From: Ostreococcus lucimarinus
Lineage: Eukaryota
Direction: 5' to 3' (one strand)
Assembly (NCBI GenBank): GCA_000092065.1
Contig: CP000586.1
DNA: 64,000 bases
The notes beneath the pieces are model-generated. The model was given only the letters and a program-made list of their open reading frames with translations, was not told the DNA's origin and made no database searches. The translations under genes were made by a program, and so were the position numbers. This document shows, one piece after another, positions 38,044 through 47,971 of the stretch. The first letter of the stretch is position 1. Each line of letters opens with the position of its first letter.

Positions 38044-41000
38044 ATGCGCGCGACGACGCGCGCGGACGCGCGCGACGCGCGCCTCGCGACGGCGCGCGCT
38101 CGAGAGGGACTCGCGCGCGCGCGTCGACGCGCGCGCCCCTCGCGCGCGCGCGCGTCGACGCGGACGCGCGCGAGGGCGGCGGTGGAGGGCGACGCGGGCG
38201 AGGACGTCGCGGCGCGAGCGCGCGAGGCGAGACGACGCGCGGAGGCGCGCGCGGAGGCGCGATTGGCGGAGACGTGGGCGCGGCGCGAGGGCGAGAGAGA
38301 CGCGCGGGCGGACGCCGCTGAAGCGCGGGATGGCGCGCTGTCGGAGCTGGAGTCGGCGCGCGAGGCGTTGAGGCGCGCGCGCGAGGACAAGGAAATCGTC
38401 GAGGCGACGTTGGCGCGGACGCGCGAGGACTCGGCGCGGCGCGCGGATGCGGCCGCGACGGAAACGGAAACGCTGCGACGCGAGCTCGAGAAGGTGCTGG
38501 ACGCGCTCGACGGCGAGAAAAAGGAAAAGGCGCTCGTCGAAGAGCGCTTCGCGAGCGAGCGCGAGCGCTTGTCCGACGAGGCGGTCGACGAAGCGAAGCG
38601 CCTCCAAGCGAAGCTTGACGATGCATCCGTCGCAATTGAGCGAGCGACGCAGGCGAGGGACGCCATTAAAGAGCAGATGGCTGACGCTGTGGCTAGCAAC
38701 GCTGCGACAAAGGACGAGACGCTCCAGTTGAAGAAACAACTTGACGACGCAGTTCATGCGCTATCGGATGCCATCATTGAAAAGTCAAGCGCGGAGTCGA
38801 AAATCGCGGAGACGGAGGCCCGAAACCAGGAGTTGGAGAAGGCCAAGGCGTCGATGGTGTCCAAAGCGGAGCTGGATTGCGTGAAAAATGAACTCAAACA
38901 AGCCACACTCGGTCGCACCGCAGCGGTTGAAGACTCGGAACGGCTCGCAGACATGCTCCAAGCAGCAAAACGCGAGCTGGAAATACTTGCGCTTGACAAA
39001 AAAAACCTGCAGCAGGAGCTCGCAGAGGCAGTGGCGAAGCCGCCGCAGGTCTCCGCGGGGGACATTGAGTTGTTTGAACAGCTTGTGGCGTCGCAAAAAG
39101 AAGAACTCGCCACGCTCCGCGATCTCGCGGACACGTCTATGGCGAAAGTGAACGAGTTGGAGGAGGAAATCGACCGACTTTTGGACCAACTGGAAGAGCG
39201 CGACGCCGAGCTCGAAGAAAAGAACCGTGCCACGACGTCGCCACCAGGGCTGATTGAGTCCCCCATCGTGGTCACAGATGGAGTCGTCGTCAACCAAGAA
39301 GCGAGATCCTACGCGGATCTGGTTGAAGAAACCGTTCGAGCGCAATTGATGGACACTATTGAGGTGGAAGCCACGAGTTATATCGACGAGCAAGATAAAC
39401 GTTTGGTGGAACAAGCGTCGGGTGACGCGCGGAAAACAACTGATGGAGTGTATTACTTTGTCGGCGACGTCCGACCTTCAACACGAGTTCGCCTGATATA
39501 TAATCGCGAAACCACATCTCGAATGTCGCGCGATGGTCAAGTATTTGCACACGTTGGATTCAACGGATGGAGTCTGGGTGTGTCCAAAAAAATTGGCATG
39601 ACTCCACTGGCGCACGACGCCAAAGAGCGCGATATCGATCACAGAGTACGCGACCAAGGGAGCTGGTGGATCTGCGAAGTTGAAATTCCACCAGGCGCGA
39701 GCACGGTTGAGTTTGTGTTTAGCGACGCCAACGGTTTTTACGATAACAATAGCGGCAAAGATTACCACTGCCCGGTTGATGTTGAGAATTTACCGCGTGA
39801 ACACAGAATCTCAGCCCGGATCAAAGCGGAGACGGAGCGACGTCGAGACGCGATTGAAAAGTGCGCTAAGAGAGCTGGCAAACGCGCAGCACGCCATGCA
39901 GAAATGCGCGCCACTGCGTTAGTACGAGCAAGTGAGGGGGCAGCACTGATGCGTGTGCACACTGTGCCGTATCAAGGGAAAGCGGGCGGTGAAATGACGA
40001 TCGTTTATCGCGCCGAAGGCGGTCCACTGGGAGATGCACAGAATATCTTCTGCGAGGGCTCGTGGAATAGATGGAACCACGGCGCTTCGTTCGGCCCTAG
40101 TGTCATGCAGCGCGGTGACACCCCGGGGACGCTGGAACTTACAGTGAATGTGCCCGCGGATGCGCACGTCATGGATTTTAAGTTCCTCAACGAAGACGTC
40201 GCATCGCCGCAAACGAGATATGATTCCAACAACGGTGCGGACTACCACGCACCGGTGACTGGTGGCTCAGGAGCGGCTCCGAAGTTGAACGTCGTCCACA
40301 TCGCAGTCGAGATGGCGCCCATTTGCAAAGTTGGCGGCATGGGTGACGTCGTCACCGCCCTCGCGCGTGCGACTCAAGAAGACGGGCACAACGTCGAGGT
40401 CATAGTGCCGCACTACGATTGCATGCTCTTCGATGCGGTGGATGGTTACCATCGCGCTGGCAGCTGCGTTCACCACGATGTTCAAGTTGACGTGTTTAAA
40501 GGATGGGTTGAAGACGTTCCAGTGACGCTACTTCGTCCCAAAAATGGACATTTTGACGTCGGTTGTATATACGGACGCCACGACGATCACGTGAGGTTTG
40601 GCTTTTTCACTGAAGCAGCGTTGACGTGGATGCGATCAAAGAATAAAGAGGTTGATATCATTCACGCGCACGACTGGCAGACCGCACCCGCGACCTGGGG
40701 TAATTATCCAAACGCAGCGACGGCGCTCACGCTTCACAATTTACAGTTTGGAGTCGACCTGATACGCCGTGGAATGGAGTCATGCGACATTGCAACCACG
40801 GTGAGTCCGACGTACGCCGACGAGGTGCGTTCACACCACGCCGTCGCGCCGTCGCAGGACAAATTCGTTGGGATACGAAACGGTATCGATACCGACATTT
40901 GGAACCCATCAGCAGATGAATTCTTGCCGTTAGTGTACGACTCCTCTAACGCGATTGCGGGCAAGGCGGCAGCGGCGGCCGAGCTGTGCAGGCGACTCGG

Positions 41001-41631
41001 TATCCAGCACCCCGAAGGCGCGCCAATCGTTGGTGTCGTTTCACGACTTACGGCGCAAAAGGGAATACATCTCATCAAGCACGCGTGTCATCGCGCGCTT
41101 GAGCGCGGTGCAACGTTTGTTCTGCTAGGAAGCGCGCCTGATCCGGCGCATCAACACGAGTTCAACGCTCTCGCGGACGAGATGAAGCGCAAGTATCCAG
41201 GACGAAGCTGCTTTATGTTCAAGTACGACGAGCCGCTGTCGCACTTGATTTATGCCGGCTGTGATTTCCTTCTCGTGCCATCAATGTTCGAGCCGTGTGG
41301 GTTGACACAAATGATCGCCATGCGTTACGGCACTGTCCCAGTGGTTCGCCGAACCGGCGGCTTGCGCGACACCGTCTTCGACGTCGAAAACGACGGCGAG
41401 CGGAGCGCAATGACCGGAGTTCCCCTAAATGGTTTTGTTTTCGACGGCACCGAAACCCCCGATATCGACTACGCGCTTAATCGTGCCTTGGACGCCTTTT
41501 ACGACCGTCCCCGTTGGCAATCGCTCAACCTCGTCGAGCGCACGCTGAATCTAGATTGGTCTTGGTTCGAGCCAGCCAAGCGATACGAAGACCTGTACTG
41601 GGCATCTCTGCGACACAAACGCGGCCGCTAA
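38044..41631 (+). CDS. Starch synthase III-like (coiled-coil N-terminus, 2 x CBM53 starch-binding domains, GT5 catalytic domain)
   Basis: CBM53-like repeats (GVYYFVGDVRP...WSLGVSK...DNNSGKDYHCPV; MTIVYRAEGGPL...WNRWNHG...DSNNGADYHAPV), then KLNVVHIAVEMAPICKVGGMGDVVTALARA (KxGGL motif)...RTGGLRDTV. Start at internal ATG 38044; the track ORF start 37348 would overlap the divergent upstream gene. Confidence 0.85.
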   Translation: MRATTRADARDARLATARAREGLARARRRARPSRARASTRTRARAAVEGDAGEDVAARAREARRRAEARAEARLAETWARREGERDARADAAEARDGALSELESAREALRRAREDKEIVEATLARTREDSARRADAAATETETLRRELEKVLDALDGEKKEKALVEERFASERERLSDEAVDEAKRLQAKLDDASVAIERATQARDAIKEQMADAVASNAATKDETLQLKKQLDDAVHALSDAIIEKSSAESKIAETEARNQELEKAKASMVSKAELDCVKNELKQATLGRTAAVEDSERLADMLQAAKRELEILALDKKNLQQELAEAVAKPPQVSAGDIELFEQLVASQKEELATLRDLADTSMAKVNELEEEIDRLLDQLEERDAELEEKNRATTSPPGLIESPIVVTDGVVVNQEARSYADLVEETVRAQLMDTIEVEATSYIDEQDKRLVEQASGDARKTTDGVYYFVGDVRPSTRVRLIYNRETTSRMSRDGQVFAHVGFNGWSLGVSKKIGMTPLAHDAKERDIDHRVRDQGSWWICEVEIPPGASTVEFVFSDANGFYDNNSGKDYHCPVDVENLPREHRISARIKAETERRRDAIEKCAKRAGKRAARHAEMRATALVRASEGAALMRVHTVPYQGKAGGEMTIVYRAEGGPLGDAQNIFCEGSWNRWNHGASFGPSVMQRGDTPGTLELTVNVPADAHVMDFKFLNEDVASPQTRYDSNNGADYHAPVTGGSGAAPKLNVVHIAVEMAPICKVGGMGDVVTALARATQEDGHNVEVIVPHYDCMLFDAVDGYHRAGSCVHHDVQVDVFKGWVEDVPVTLLRPKNGHFDVGCIYGRHDDHVRFGFFTEAALTWMRSKNKEVDIIHAHDWQTAPATWGNYPNAATALTLHNLQFGVDLIRRGMESCDIATTVSPTYADEVRSHHAVAPSQDKFVGIRNGIDTDIWNPSADEFLPLVYDSSNAIAGKAAAAAELCRRLGIQHPEGAPIVGVVSRLTAQKGIHLIKHACHRALERGATFVLLGSAPDPAHQHEFNALADEMKRKYPGRSCFMFKYDEPLSHLIYAGCDFLLVPSMFEPCGLTQMIAMRYGTVPVVRRTGGLRDTVFDVENDGERSAMTGVPLNGFVFDGTETPDIDYALNRALDAFYDRPRWQSLNLVERTLNLDWSWFEPAKRYEDLYWASLRHKRGR

Positions 41632-41764
41632 TACTCGCCGTCATTATAATACGAAATAATACGAAATGTACCATTGAAACCATTAGAACCGTTCTACGTC
41701 ACAGCGCGGGAAGTGCGGCACGCGCCGCTGCACTATCCCCACAGCGCGCCGCGGATCTGTGAAA

Positions 41765-41857
41765 ATGCCCTTGATTTACGCCTTCGTCGCTCGTCGAACG
41801 ACCGTGCTCGCGGAGTTTACGAACTACAGCGGGAACTTTAGCACGATCGCGATCCAG
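41765..41857 (+). CDS. VAMP7-like longin R-SNARE, exon 1
   Basis: MPLIYAFVARRTTVLAEFTNYSGNFSTIAIQ (matches the VAMP7 longin N-terminus MAILFAVVARGTTILA...GNF); GTGAGC donor. Confidence 0.75.
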
Positions 41858-42037
41858 GTGAGCGCGCGAGCGAACGATGCGCGACGCGCGCGCGATACCG
41901 TCGCGAGGGGGTCGAACGAGGGCGATGCCCAGTGCGCGTGTGCGCGAATTTCATCGCGTGCGCGCGCGCGATGACGGTGCGAACGCGACGCGAACGCGAG
42001 ACTGATGACGGCGTTGATGGTTTCGCGCGCTACGTAG

Positions 42038-42592
42038 GCGTTGGAGAAGCTTTCAGACGATAACACGCGATTTACGTACACGGCGGATGGGCACACGTTC
42101 AACTACGTCGTCGAAAACGGGTTCACGTATCTCGTCGTGGCCGACTCAGAGCTCGGACGCCACGTCCCATTCGCGTGCTTGGATCGGATCAAGTCCGAGT
42201 TCACGCGCGATCATGCGTCGGAGGCGCAGGATGCCATCGCGCACTCGCTGAATAAATCGTTCGCGCCGAGGTTGAAGGAACACTTGGAGTTTTGCTCGGC
42301 GAACCCAGAGGCGGTGAGTAAAGTGAGCGCGGTGCAGCAACAGGTGAGTCAAGTGAAGGAAATCATGATGGATAACATCGAGAAGGTGCTCGATAGAGGG
42401 GAGAAGATTGAGTTGTTGGTCGATAAAAGCGACGCGTTGCGGTTCGAAGCTGCGAATTTTCACAAGACGGGAAGAGCGTTGAGACGGAATTTGTGGTGCC
42501 AGAACATGAAGATCAAAGTTGCTTTTGGCTTGATCATCTTCGCGCTCCTATTGACGCTCATTTTTACTCTATGCGGGAAGAAGTGTCGTTGA
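42038..42592 (+). CDS. VAMP7-like longin R-SNARE, exon 2
   Basis: Acceptor tacgtAG; ALEKLSDDNTRFTYTADGHTFNYVVENGF... SNARE motif VSQVKEIMMDNIEKVLDRGEKIELLVDKSDAL + C-terminal TM. 180-bp intron with CTGAT branch. Confidence 0.8.
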   Translation, partial: ALEKLSDDNTRFTYTADGHTFNYVVENGFTYLVVADSELGRHVPFACLDRIKSEFTRDHASEAQDAIAHSLNKSFAPRLKEHLEFCSANPEAVSKVSAVQQQVSQVKEIMMDNIEKVLDRGEKIELLVDKSDALRFEAANFHKTGRALRRNLWCQNMKIKVAFGLIIFALLLTLIFTLCGKKCR

Positions 42593-42690
42593 TGAAGTGA
42601 CGATTTTAGTGCTCTCGCCATCTGGTGTAAACGCTTTGTAAAATCATCCATTTCAAACGCAAACAAAAGTACACGCGTGCTAGCAACTTA

Positions 42691-44721
42691 CTACTCATCG
42701 TCGAACTTCAAAGCTTCACGAACGTCTTTCGTAGACGCTCGTCTGAAATCGAGCGACCCTCTACGACTTTTTCGATTCTCAGCTTTGGCGTGCGCCTCCT
42801 TCGCGTCACGCAAAAGTTCACGATGCCATACTTCCATTCTAAATAAAATTTCTCCAGCTCGTGTGGACGAGCAGAAACACAGCGGTTGCCCGTCCATGAT
42901 TTTAATCAAGTTGAAAGTTCCGACCCCGAGGTCTATTTTGTACGACAGGAAGTTGATTTGCGACTGCCAGAAACCAAAAGTCCACACGCGTTCGGTGTCG
43001 AACATCGGCATGTCGGCGAGCCCTTTCTTGCTCTTTCGCAACAGCGCCTTTAAGATTTTCTGTCGTCTGCTTGGGCTCGTACCCGGGGGAAATATGTCGG
43101 ACCTAGCGTCGACGTTTTCGATGATTGAGCCTTCGATATCTTGCACGTCGCCCTCGTATTCGCAACTCATCGCCTGCGCTGCGAGCGCTATGGGTGCCAA
43201 CATGAAGGGGCGCTCGTCCGTCGGCATGGAGAGTTCGATGCCCCATTTCTCACCGAATCCGCGCACGACGCGCGCGCACAGCGCCAACAACCAGCGAGAC
43301 GGGAGGTTTTGCAACGGGCGCGATAAACACTGACCGATGACACAGTCGTTCATGGCGATCGGACGCTTGAACTTGCCCTGTATGGCGAGTTGAATCGTTC
43401 GCGCCTTGCCCTCAAAAATCTCAGGTGGCGTGTTTTCCAAACCACGCAAGTACACAATCATTCTGCCTTTGAAGATATCTGAATCGATTTCGAACGGCAC
43501 TTGCGCGCGAATCATACTGTCTGGAAGCTGATCCTCTTGCGTGATGGCTTGTGAATCCGCTGGCGTGAACCGAAGAGCGCACGGCGAGTCAGGCCACCTG
43601 GCCGGATCGACGCACGGCGGCGGTCCCGCTCTGTCTTCCGGACGGGTCGATTTTCGCTGCATGTTTATCAGCCGCGACGCCGTGCGCTGAATCGAAATCG
43701 CTGATGCTTGCAGAAATGAGGGCGTTCGCTCGAGGTTGATTTCTCCGCCATCATGAAGCGTCGATCGATGTTTCGCCGGCGAATCATCGACAAACGCGTT
43801 CAAGCCCGATTCGGACGACTGTCGCTTTGTGGTGCCCTCGAAGACTGATTGACGAGTCAAATCTGCCACGTAAAAGAACCCCAGTAGACTCGAAATCCCG
43901 ACCGCCACGGCCGCACAGGCTGCGATGACCATCAAAAGTGAATCTAACGACATTCGAACCCCAACGAACGACGTGAGCGCCATCGCATCCGTCTTAAAAA
44001 AAGGCAAAATAGCGTACGCGATGAGCGCCACGACGCTCGCGCGCAACACGCTCAACTCCATTTTCAACGCCGACATCACGTCTTCGACTCTTTCCATCGC
44101 CGACGCGTGTTCACTCGACAGCGCCTCCACCGCTGCCGTGTGCCTATCCACCACCGTCCGCACATTCTTCATCCGCGATTCCATCGCGAGCATCTCCGTC
44201 GACACGTAATACCTCGCCGCCGATATTCCCGGTCCAACCCCCAAATGATAGCTATACAAGTGTGACCGCTTTTCAAACTTGATCTTCGCCGACTTCGTCA
44301 CCCCTACGATCAACTTCGCCGCCATGAGTTCGTTTCCGAGTCTCACCGCCGCGTCGCTGTCCCGCACCGTCCGACTCGCCACGAGCCACTGCACCGCCTC
44401 GCGTCCCGTGAAGCAATTTCTATGTTTGGTAAATCTTCTTCTGTGCTTACCCCCGCCCAGCGACTTTCGCATCTTCACCACGACGTCGAACAATTCATTT
44501 TCGCGCTCGAGCGCGCTCAGCGCGTCGAGCGATCGCGCGTTCGAGTCGAGAAACGCGGCGTCGGCGTCGGCATCTCGCGCGTCGTTGAATTCAGAAAATT
44601 CACTCTCGAGGTCGTCGTCGAGCGTCATGCTGATCACGCTGTCGGTCTCGATCGCGTCCACGGACGCGCGCGCGACGTGCGTCGAGGTCGCGTGCGGCGC
44701 GGCGTCGTTCGCAGCGCGCAT
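42691..44721 (-). CDS. DEP-domain membrane protein with C-terminal conserved domain of unknown function (DUF1769-like)
   Basis: N-terminal DEP (RRFTKHRNCFTGREAVQWLVAS), two predicted TM helices (VVALIAYAILPFF...; LMVIAACAAVAVGISSLLGFFYV), C-terminal conserved block PFEIDSDIFKGRMIVYLRGL...FEGKARTIQLAIQGKFK. Confidence 0.6.
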   Translation of the reverse strand: MRAANDAAPHATSTHVARASVDAIETDSVISMTLDDDLESEFSEFNDARDADADAAFLDSNARSLDALSALERENELFDVVVKMRKSLGGGKHRRRFTKHRNCFTGREAVQWLVASRTVRDSDAAVRLGNELMAAKLIVGVTKSAKIKFEKRSHLYSYHLGVGPGISAARYYVSTEMLAMESRMKNVRTVVDRHTAAVEALSSEHASAMERVEDVMSALKMELSVLRASVVALIAYAILPFFKTDAMALTSFVGVRMSLDSLLMVIAACAAVAVGISSLLGFFYVADLTRQSVFEGTTKRQSSESGLNAFVDDSPAKHRSTLHDGGEINLERTPSFLQASAISIQRTASRLINMQRKSTRPEDRAGPPPCVDPARWPDSPCALRFTPADSQAITQEDQLPDSMIRAQVPFEIDSDIFKGRMIVYLRGLENTPPEIFEGKARTIQLAIQGKFKRPIAMNDCVIGQCLSRPLQNLPSRWLLALCARVVRGFGEKWGIELSMPTDERPFMLAPIALAAQAMSCEYEGDVQDIEGSIIENVDARSDIFPPGTSPSRRQKILKALLRKSKKGLADMPMFDTERVWTFGFWQSQINFLSYKIDLGVGTFNLIKIMDGQPLCFCSSTRAGEILFRMEVWHRELLRDAKEAHAKAENRKSRRGSLDFRRASTKDVREALKFDDE

Positions 44722-44958
44722 CGCGCGACCGAACGGGCGGCGCCGAGGCGCGGCGGAGTCGCGCTCTGACGACCGGGCGAGCGAAGCGCGAACTCGAAAT
44801 CGACGCGAGTCCTCTCGACGATATTATTAAACGCGCGCGCGATTACTGGGATGTACTTACTGAGGTGTCGTGATCGGGTGTGGTGCGCGCGCCGCGCGCG
44901 CGACAGCCGCGGCTGACTCGCCGCGGCGCTCTCGCGAAGACGTTCGCGCCGAATTCGC

Positions 44959-45615
44959 TCAATCCATATCCATGTCGACGACGTCCGCCGCCGCCGCGTC
45001 CATCATCCCCGCCTGATCGATCGTCGCGTCGATCGGCGCCTCGACGTTCGCGCTCGCGTCTTCCGCCGCGGACGCGCCCCACGCCGCCGCCGCCGCCGCC
45101 GCCTTCATCTCCTCCGTCACCGCATCGACGTCCGTCCCGTCCGACCCCGTCGCGCGCACCGCGGACATGTCGAACGCCACGCTCGCGTCTTCTTTCCCCA
45201 GCGCGCCGTCGCCCGCGGCTTTCGCGCGCTTCGACGGCGTCGCGCCCGTCGCCGCGTCCTCGAGCGGCTTTTCGATCTCGTCGCGCAGCGTGTCCTGAAA
45301 CTCGCGCGACACGTCCTGCAGCTCGCGAATCGTGGGCTGGAACTCGCGCAGCGTCGCGCCGAGCTGCTTGGCGATGTCCGCCAGCCCCTTGGGGCCGAAC
45401 ACGAGCAGCGAGACGACGCCGATGACGAGCGCCTCGGGCGCGCCCACGCCGAAGAGAGAATTCGCGCGCTGAAGCGCACCGCGCCGACGCGCGTCGCGCG
45501 CCGCCAGCGGCGTCGCGCGCGCGGCGCCTTTGCGCGCGCCGCGCGCCGCGCCGGCGCGCCGCAGCGCGACCGGCGGCGTCGTTCGCATCGTCGCGAACGC
45601 CATCGCGCGCGCCAT
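44959..45615 (-). CDS. Sec-independent translocase TatB/Hcf106-like (plastid Tat pathway)
   Basis: LFGVGAPEALVIGVVSLLVFGPKGLADIAKQLGATLREFQ: TatA/B TM + amphipathic helix; acidic C-tail. Start ambiguous (ATGs at 45654, 45615, 45603, 45588); 45615 (MARAMAFATM..) is chosen. Confidence 0.7.
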   Translation of the reverse strand: MARAMAFATMRTTPPVALRRAGAARGARKGAARATPLAARDARRRGALQRANSLFGVGAPEALVIGVVSLLVFGPKGLADIAKQLGATLREFQPTIRELQDVSREFQDTLRDEIEKPLEDAATGATPSKRAKAAGDGALGKEDASVAFDMSAVRATGSDGTDVDAVTEEMKAAAAAAAWGASAAEDASANVEAPIDATIDQAGMMDAAAADVVDMDMD

Positions 45616-45856
45616 CGAATGCGGCGTCCGAACGCGGCGCGTCGCGTCGCGCATGCGCGTCGACGGCGCGGACGACCGCGCGCGAACGCCCGCGCGCGGG
45701 GCGCTGAGCACGAGCGCGGTCGCGCGCTTCGACGAGCTCGACGAGGACGACGTCGGCGATGTCGATTTTCAACACGACGACGACGAGGACGCGCGCGGCG
45801 ACGGCGCGCGCGACGACGACGGCGCGCGCGACGGCGTGGTCGGACGGTACAGAAAG

Positions 45857-47857
45857 ATGCGCGCGCGGTTCGATTCGTTCAGCGGCGCGCTGAGCGACGC
45901 GCGAGGGGCGTTCGACGCGTTCGCGTTCACGGGCTGGAGCGAAGAGCAGAAGAAAATCGTCGTCAAGCTCGCGTTCCTGGCGACGTTCGCGGTGATGTTT
46001 TACGCGACGATGGCGGTGATATTCGCGCACGTGTGGATCGGGATGGCGAAGGCGATCGGGGTGCGAGTGCTGTGGGGGGTGGGGGTGTCGATCGGGCTGG
46101 CCATGGCGCCGCCGGTGTTTCCGAACGCGGCGGCGCACGCGTTGGCGCTGGTGCTGATGGCGGCGGAGGTGGCGCTGTTGAGCGTGAACGCGATACTGTT
46201 GGGATTGGTGCATTTAGCGATCGTGCTGAACAAGCACGTGCTGCCGTCGTGGTTTCATCGGGCGAAGGTGGCGCTGCGCGAGAGCGCGGGCGGCGTCGAC
46301 CATCGCGGGCGCGCGAACGCGCACTTCGTCGAGCATCGGCAAGAGACGTTGTCCGAGCTCGAGCGGGCGAAGGACTACCGAGAGTGGATCGCGGTGGCGA
46401 ATAAGCTCGACGCGTTTCCCGCGGACGTCGGTGAGGGTGGGTCGCGTTGGAAGGCGGATGAAAAATCGGACGTGTACGACAGGCAGCTCGTCAAGGTATA
46501 TTTGAACACGATGAGGACCGCGCGCGAGCGCGACGATCTCACGGCGCTCGGGTTGTGCTTGCGAACGGTGTTACACCGAAACTTTGCCGGGATCGATAGG
46601 TTGCTCCACCTGAGATTTTCTCGAGTCGGAACGAAGAAACTCGTGCAAGATTTCAACGACGAAATCGTCGCCGTCATCAAGCACATAGCCGAAACCGCAG
46701 ATGACGAGCAGGCGATGGAGATGCTTCAAGTGTTAAAAGAGTCGTACCGTTCGCTCGGACGCACGGCGCTGTGCTTATCTGGCGGCGGCGCACTGGCGAT
46801 GTATCATTTCGGAGTCTTGCGAACGTTGTTGCAAGAGGGACTGTGCCCGCAAGTCATCTCGGGTACGAGTGGTGGCTCGATCGTCGCCGCGTTTTTGAGC
46901 TGTCATTCGCCCGAAGATATCTTGCAAGCGATTCGCCCGGACGTGTCCACTCGTTACGGGCGCCGATGGTTCCCACGTCCGCTGAAAATGGCGCTACACT
47001 TTTTGAAGCACGGCGTTTTGATGGACGCCGAGGGGTTTTCGAAGACCACAAAGGCATACTTTGGCGACACGACGTTTGAGGAAGCGCTAGCGATATCCGG
47101 AAGAGCAGTCTCTATTCAAGTGTCCATTGGCTCACAAACCGGTTACGTTCTCAATCACCTGACTTCTCCCAACGTGCTCATTCGCACCGCGGTGTGCGCG
47201 TCGTGCGCGCTACCTGGTTTGATGCGCCCTGTGGAGATTCTCGCCAAAGACAAGCACGGAAATTTAGTGCCATTTCATCCACCCGATGTGAAGTCGTACG
47301 ATGGCACCATCACCCAAGACATCCCGTCAGCACGCATGACGGAGCTTTTCAACTGCAACAACTTCATCGTTTCGCAGGTGAACCCGCACCTAAACTTCGT
47401 GCTACACCTCGCCGAGGAATCACACGGGCGACGGCAGAAGACCGCGCGTAGTTATCAGCGTCGTAATGCGGTTCAGAAGCTGTTGCGTGTCGCCAACTTC
47501 TTGCTGCTGAACATCAAGTACTCTATTCAAAAACTTCTCGAAGTTGATTTGCTCGACATTCGGTTCGTTCGCACGCTGCAAGGAGTGTTGATGCAAGACT
47601 TCAGAGGCCACATCACCATTCTGCCATCGCTTCGTTGGACGGATTACTCCAGAATCTCCAGCAACCCAACTGAGAAGGATATGGATCGTTACATCTCGCG
47701 AGGCGAGCAATCCACTTGGCCGCATGTCGAGTCGATTCGCTACACGATGAAAATTGAAACCACGCTCGTCGACAGCATCCGCGCTTTGTCCAAGCGCGTC
47801 GACGCTACGGGCGAAAAGATCAAACGAACGAACTCACATGGGTTCTTAGAACATTAA
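45857..47857 (+). CDS. SDP1/TGL-like patatin-domain triacylglycerol lipase (DUF3336 + patatin)
   Basis: YREWIAVANKLDAF...RQLVKVYLNTMRTARERDD (DUF3336), LCLSGGGALAMYHFGVLRTLLQ...ISGTSGGS (patatin GxSxG). Start ambiguity: an in-frame ATG at 45653 would add an acidic 68-aa N-terminus but abuts the TatB start. Confidence 0.7.
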   Translation: MRARFDSFSGALSDARGAFDAFAFTGWSEEQKKIVVKLAFLATFAVMFYATMAVIFAHVWIGMAKAIGVRVLWGVGVSIGLAMAPPVFPNAAAHALALVLMAAEVALLSVNAILLGLVHLAIVLNKHVLPSWFHRAKVALRESAGGVDHRGRANAHFVEHRQETLSELERAKDYREWIAVANKLDAFPADVGEGGSRWKADEKSDVYDRQLVKVYLNTMRTARERDDLTALGLCLRTVLHRNFAGIDRLLHLRFSRVGTKKLVQDFNDEIVAVIKHIAETADDEQAMEMLQVLKESYRSLGRTALCLSGGGALAMYHFGVLRTLLQEGLCPQVISGTSGGSIVAAFLSCHSPEDILQAIRPDVSTRYGRRWFPRPLKMALHFLKHGVLMDAEGFSKTTKAYFGDTTFEEALAISGRAVSIQVSIGSQTGYVLNHLTSPNVLIRTAVCASCALPGLMRPVEILAKDKHGNLVPFHPPDVKSYDGTITQDIPSARMTELFNCNNFIVSQVNPHLNFVLHLAEESHGRRQKTARSYQRRNAVQKLLRVANFLLLNIKYSIQKLLEVDLLDIRFVRTLQGVLMQDFRGHITILPSLRWTDYSRISSNPTEKDMDRYISRGEQSTWPHVESIRYTMKIETTLVDSIRALSKRVDATGEKIKRTNSHGFLEH

Positions 47858-47971
47858 TTAAATTCGACGGCGGCGGCGTTACCGCCCGCCGTCTCCGCTA
47901 GACCTGTACAAGTGTATTACGAAACGCAGCTGTTGTCCTTCACTCTCGGTCGGCCTCACTTACCCGCGCCG

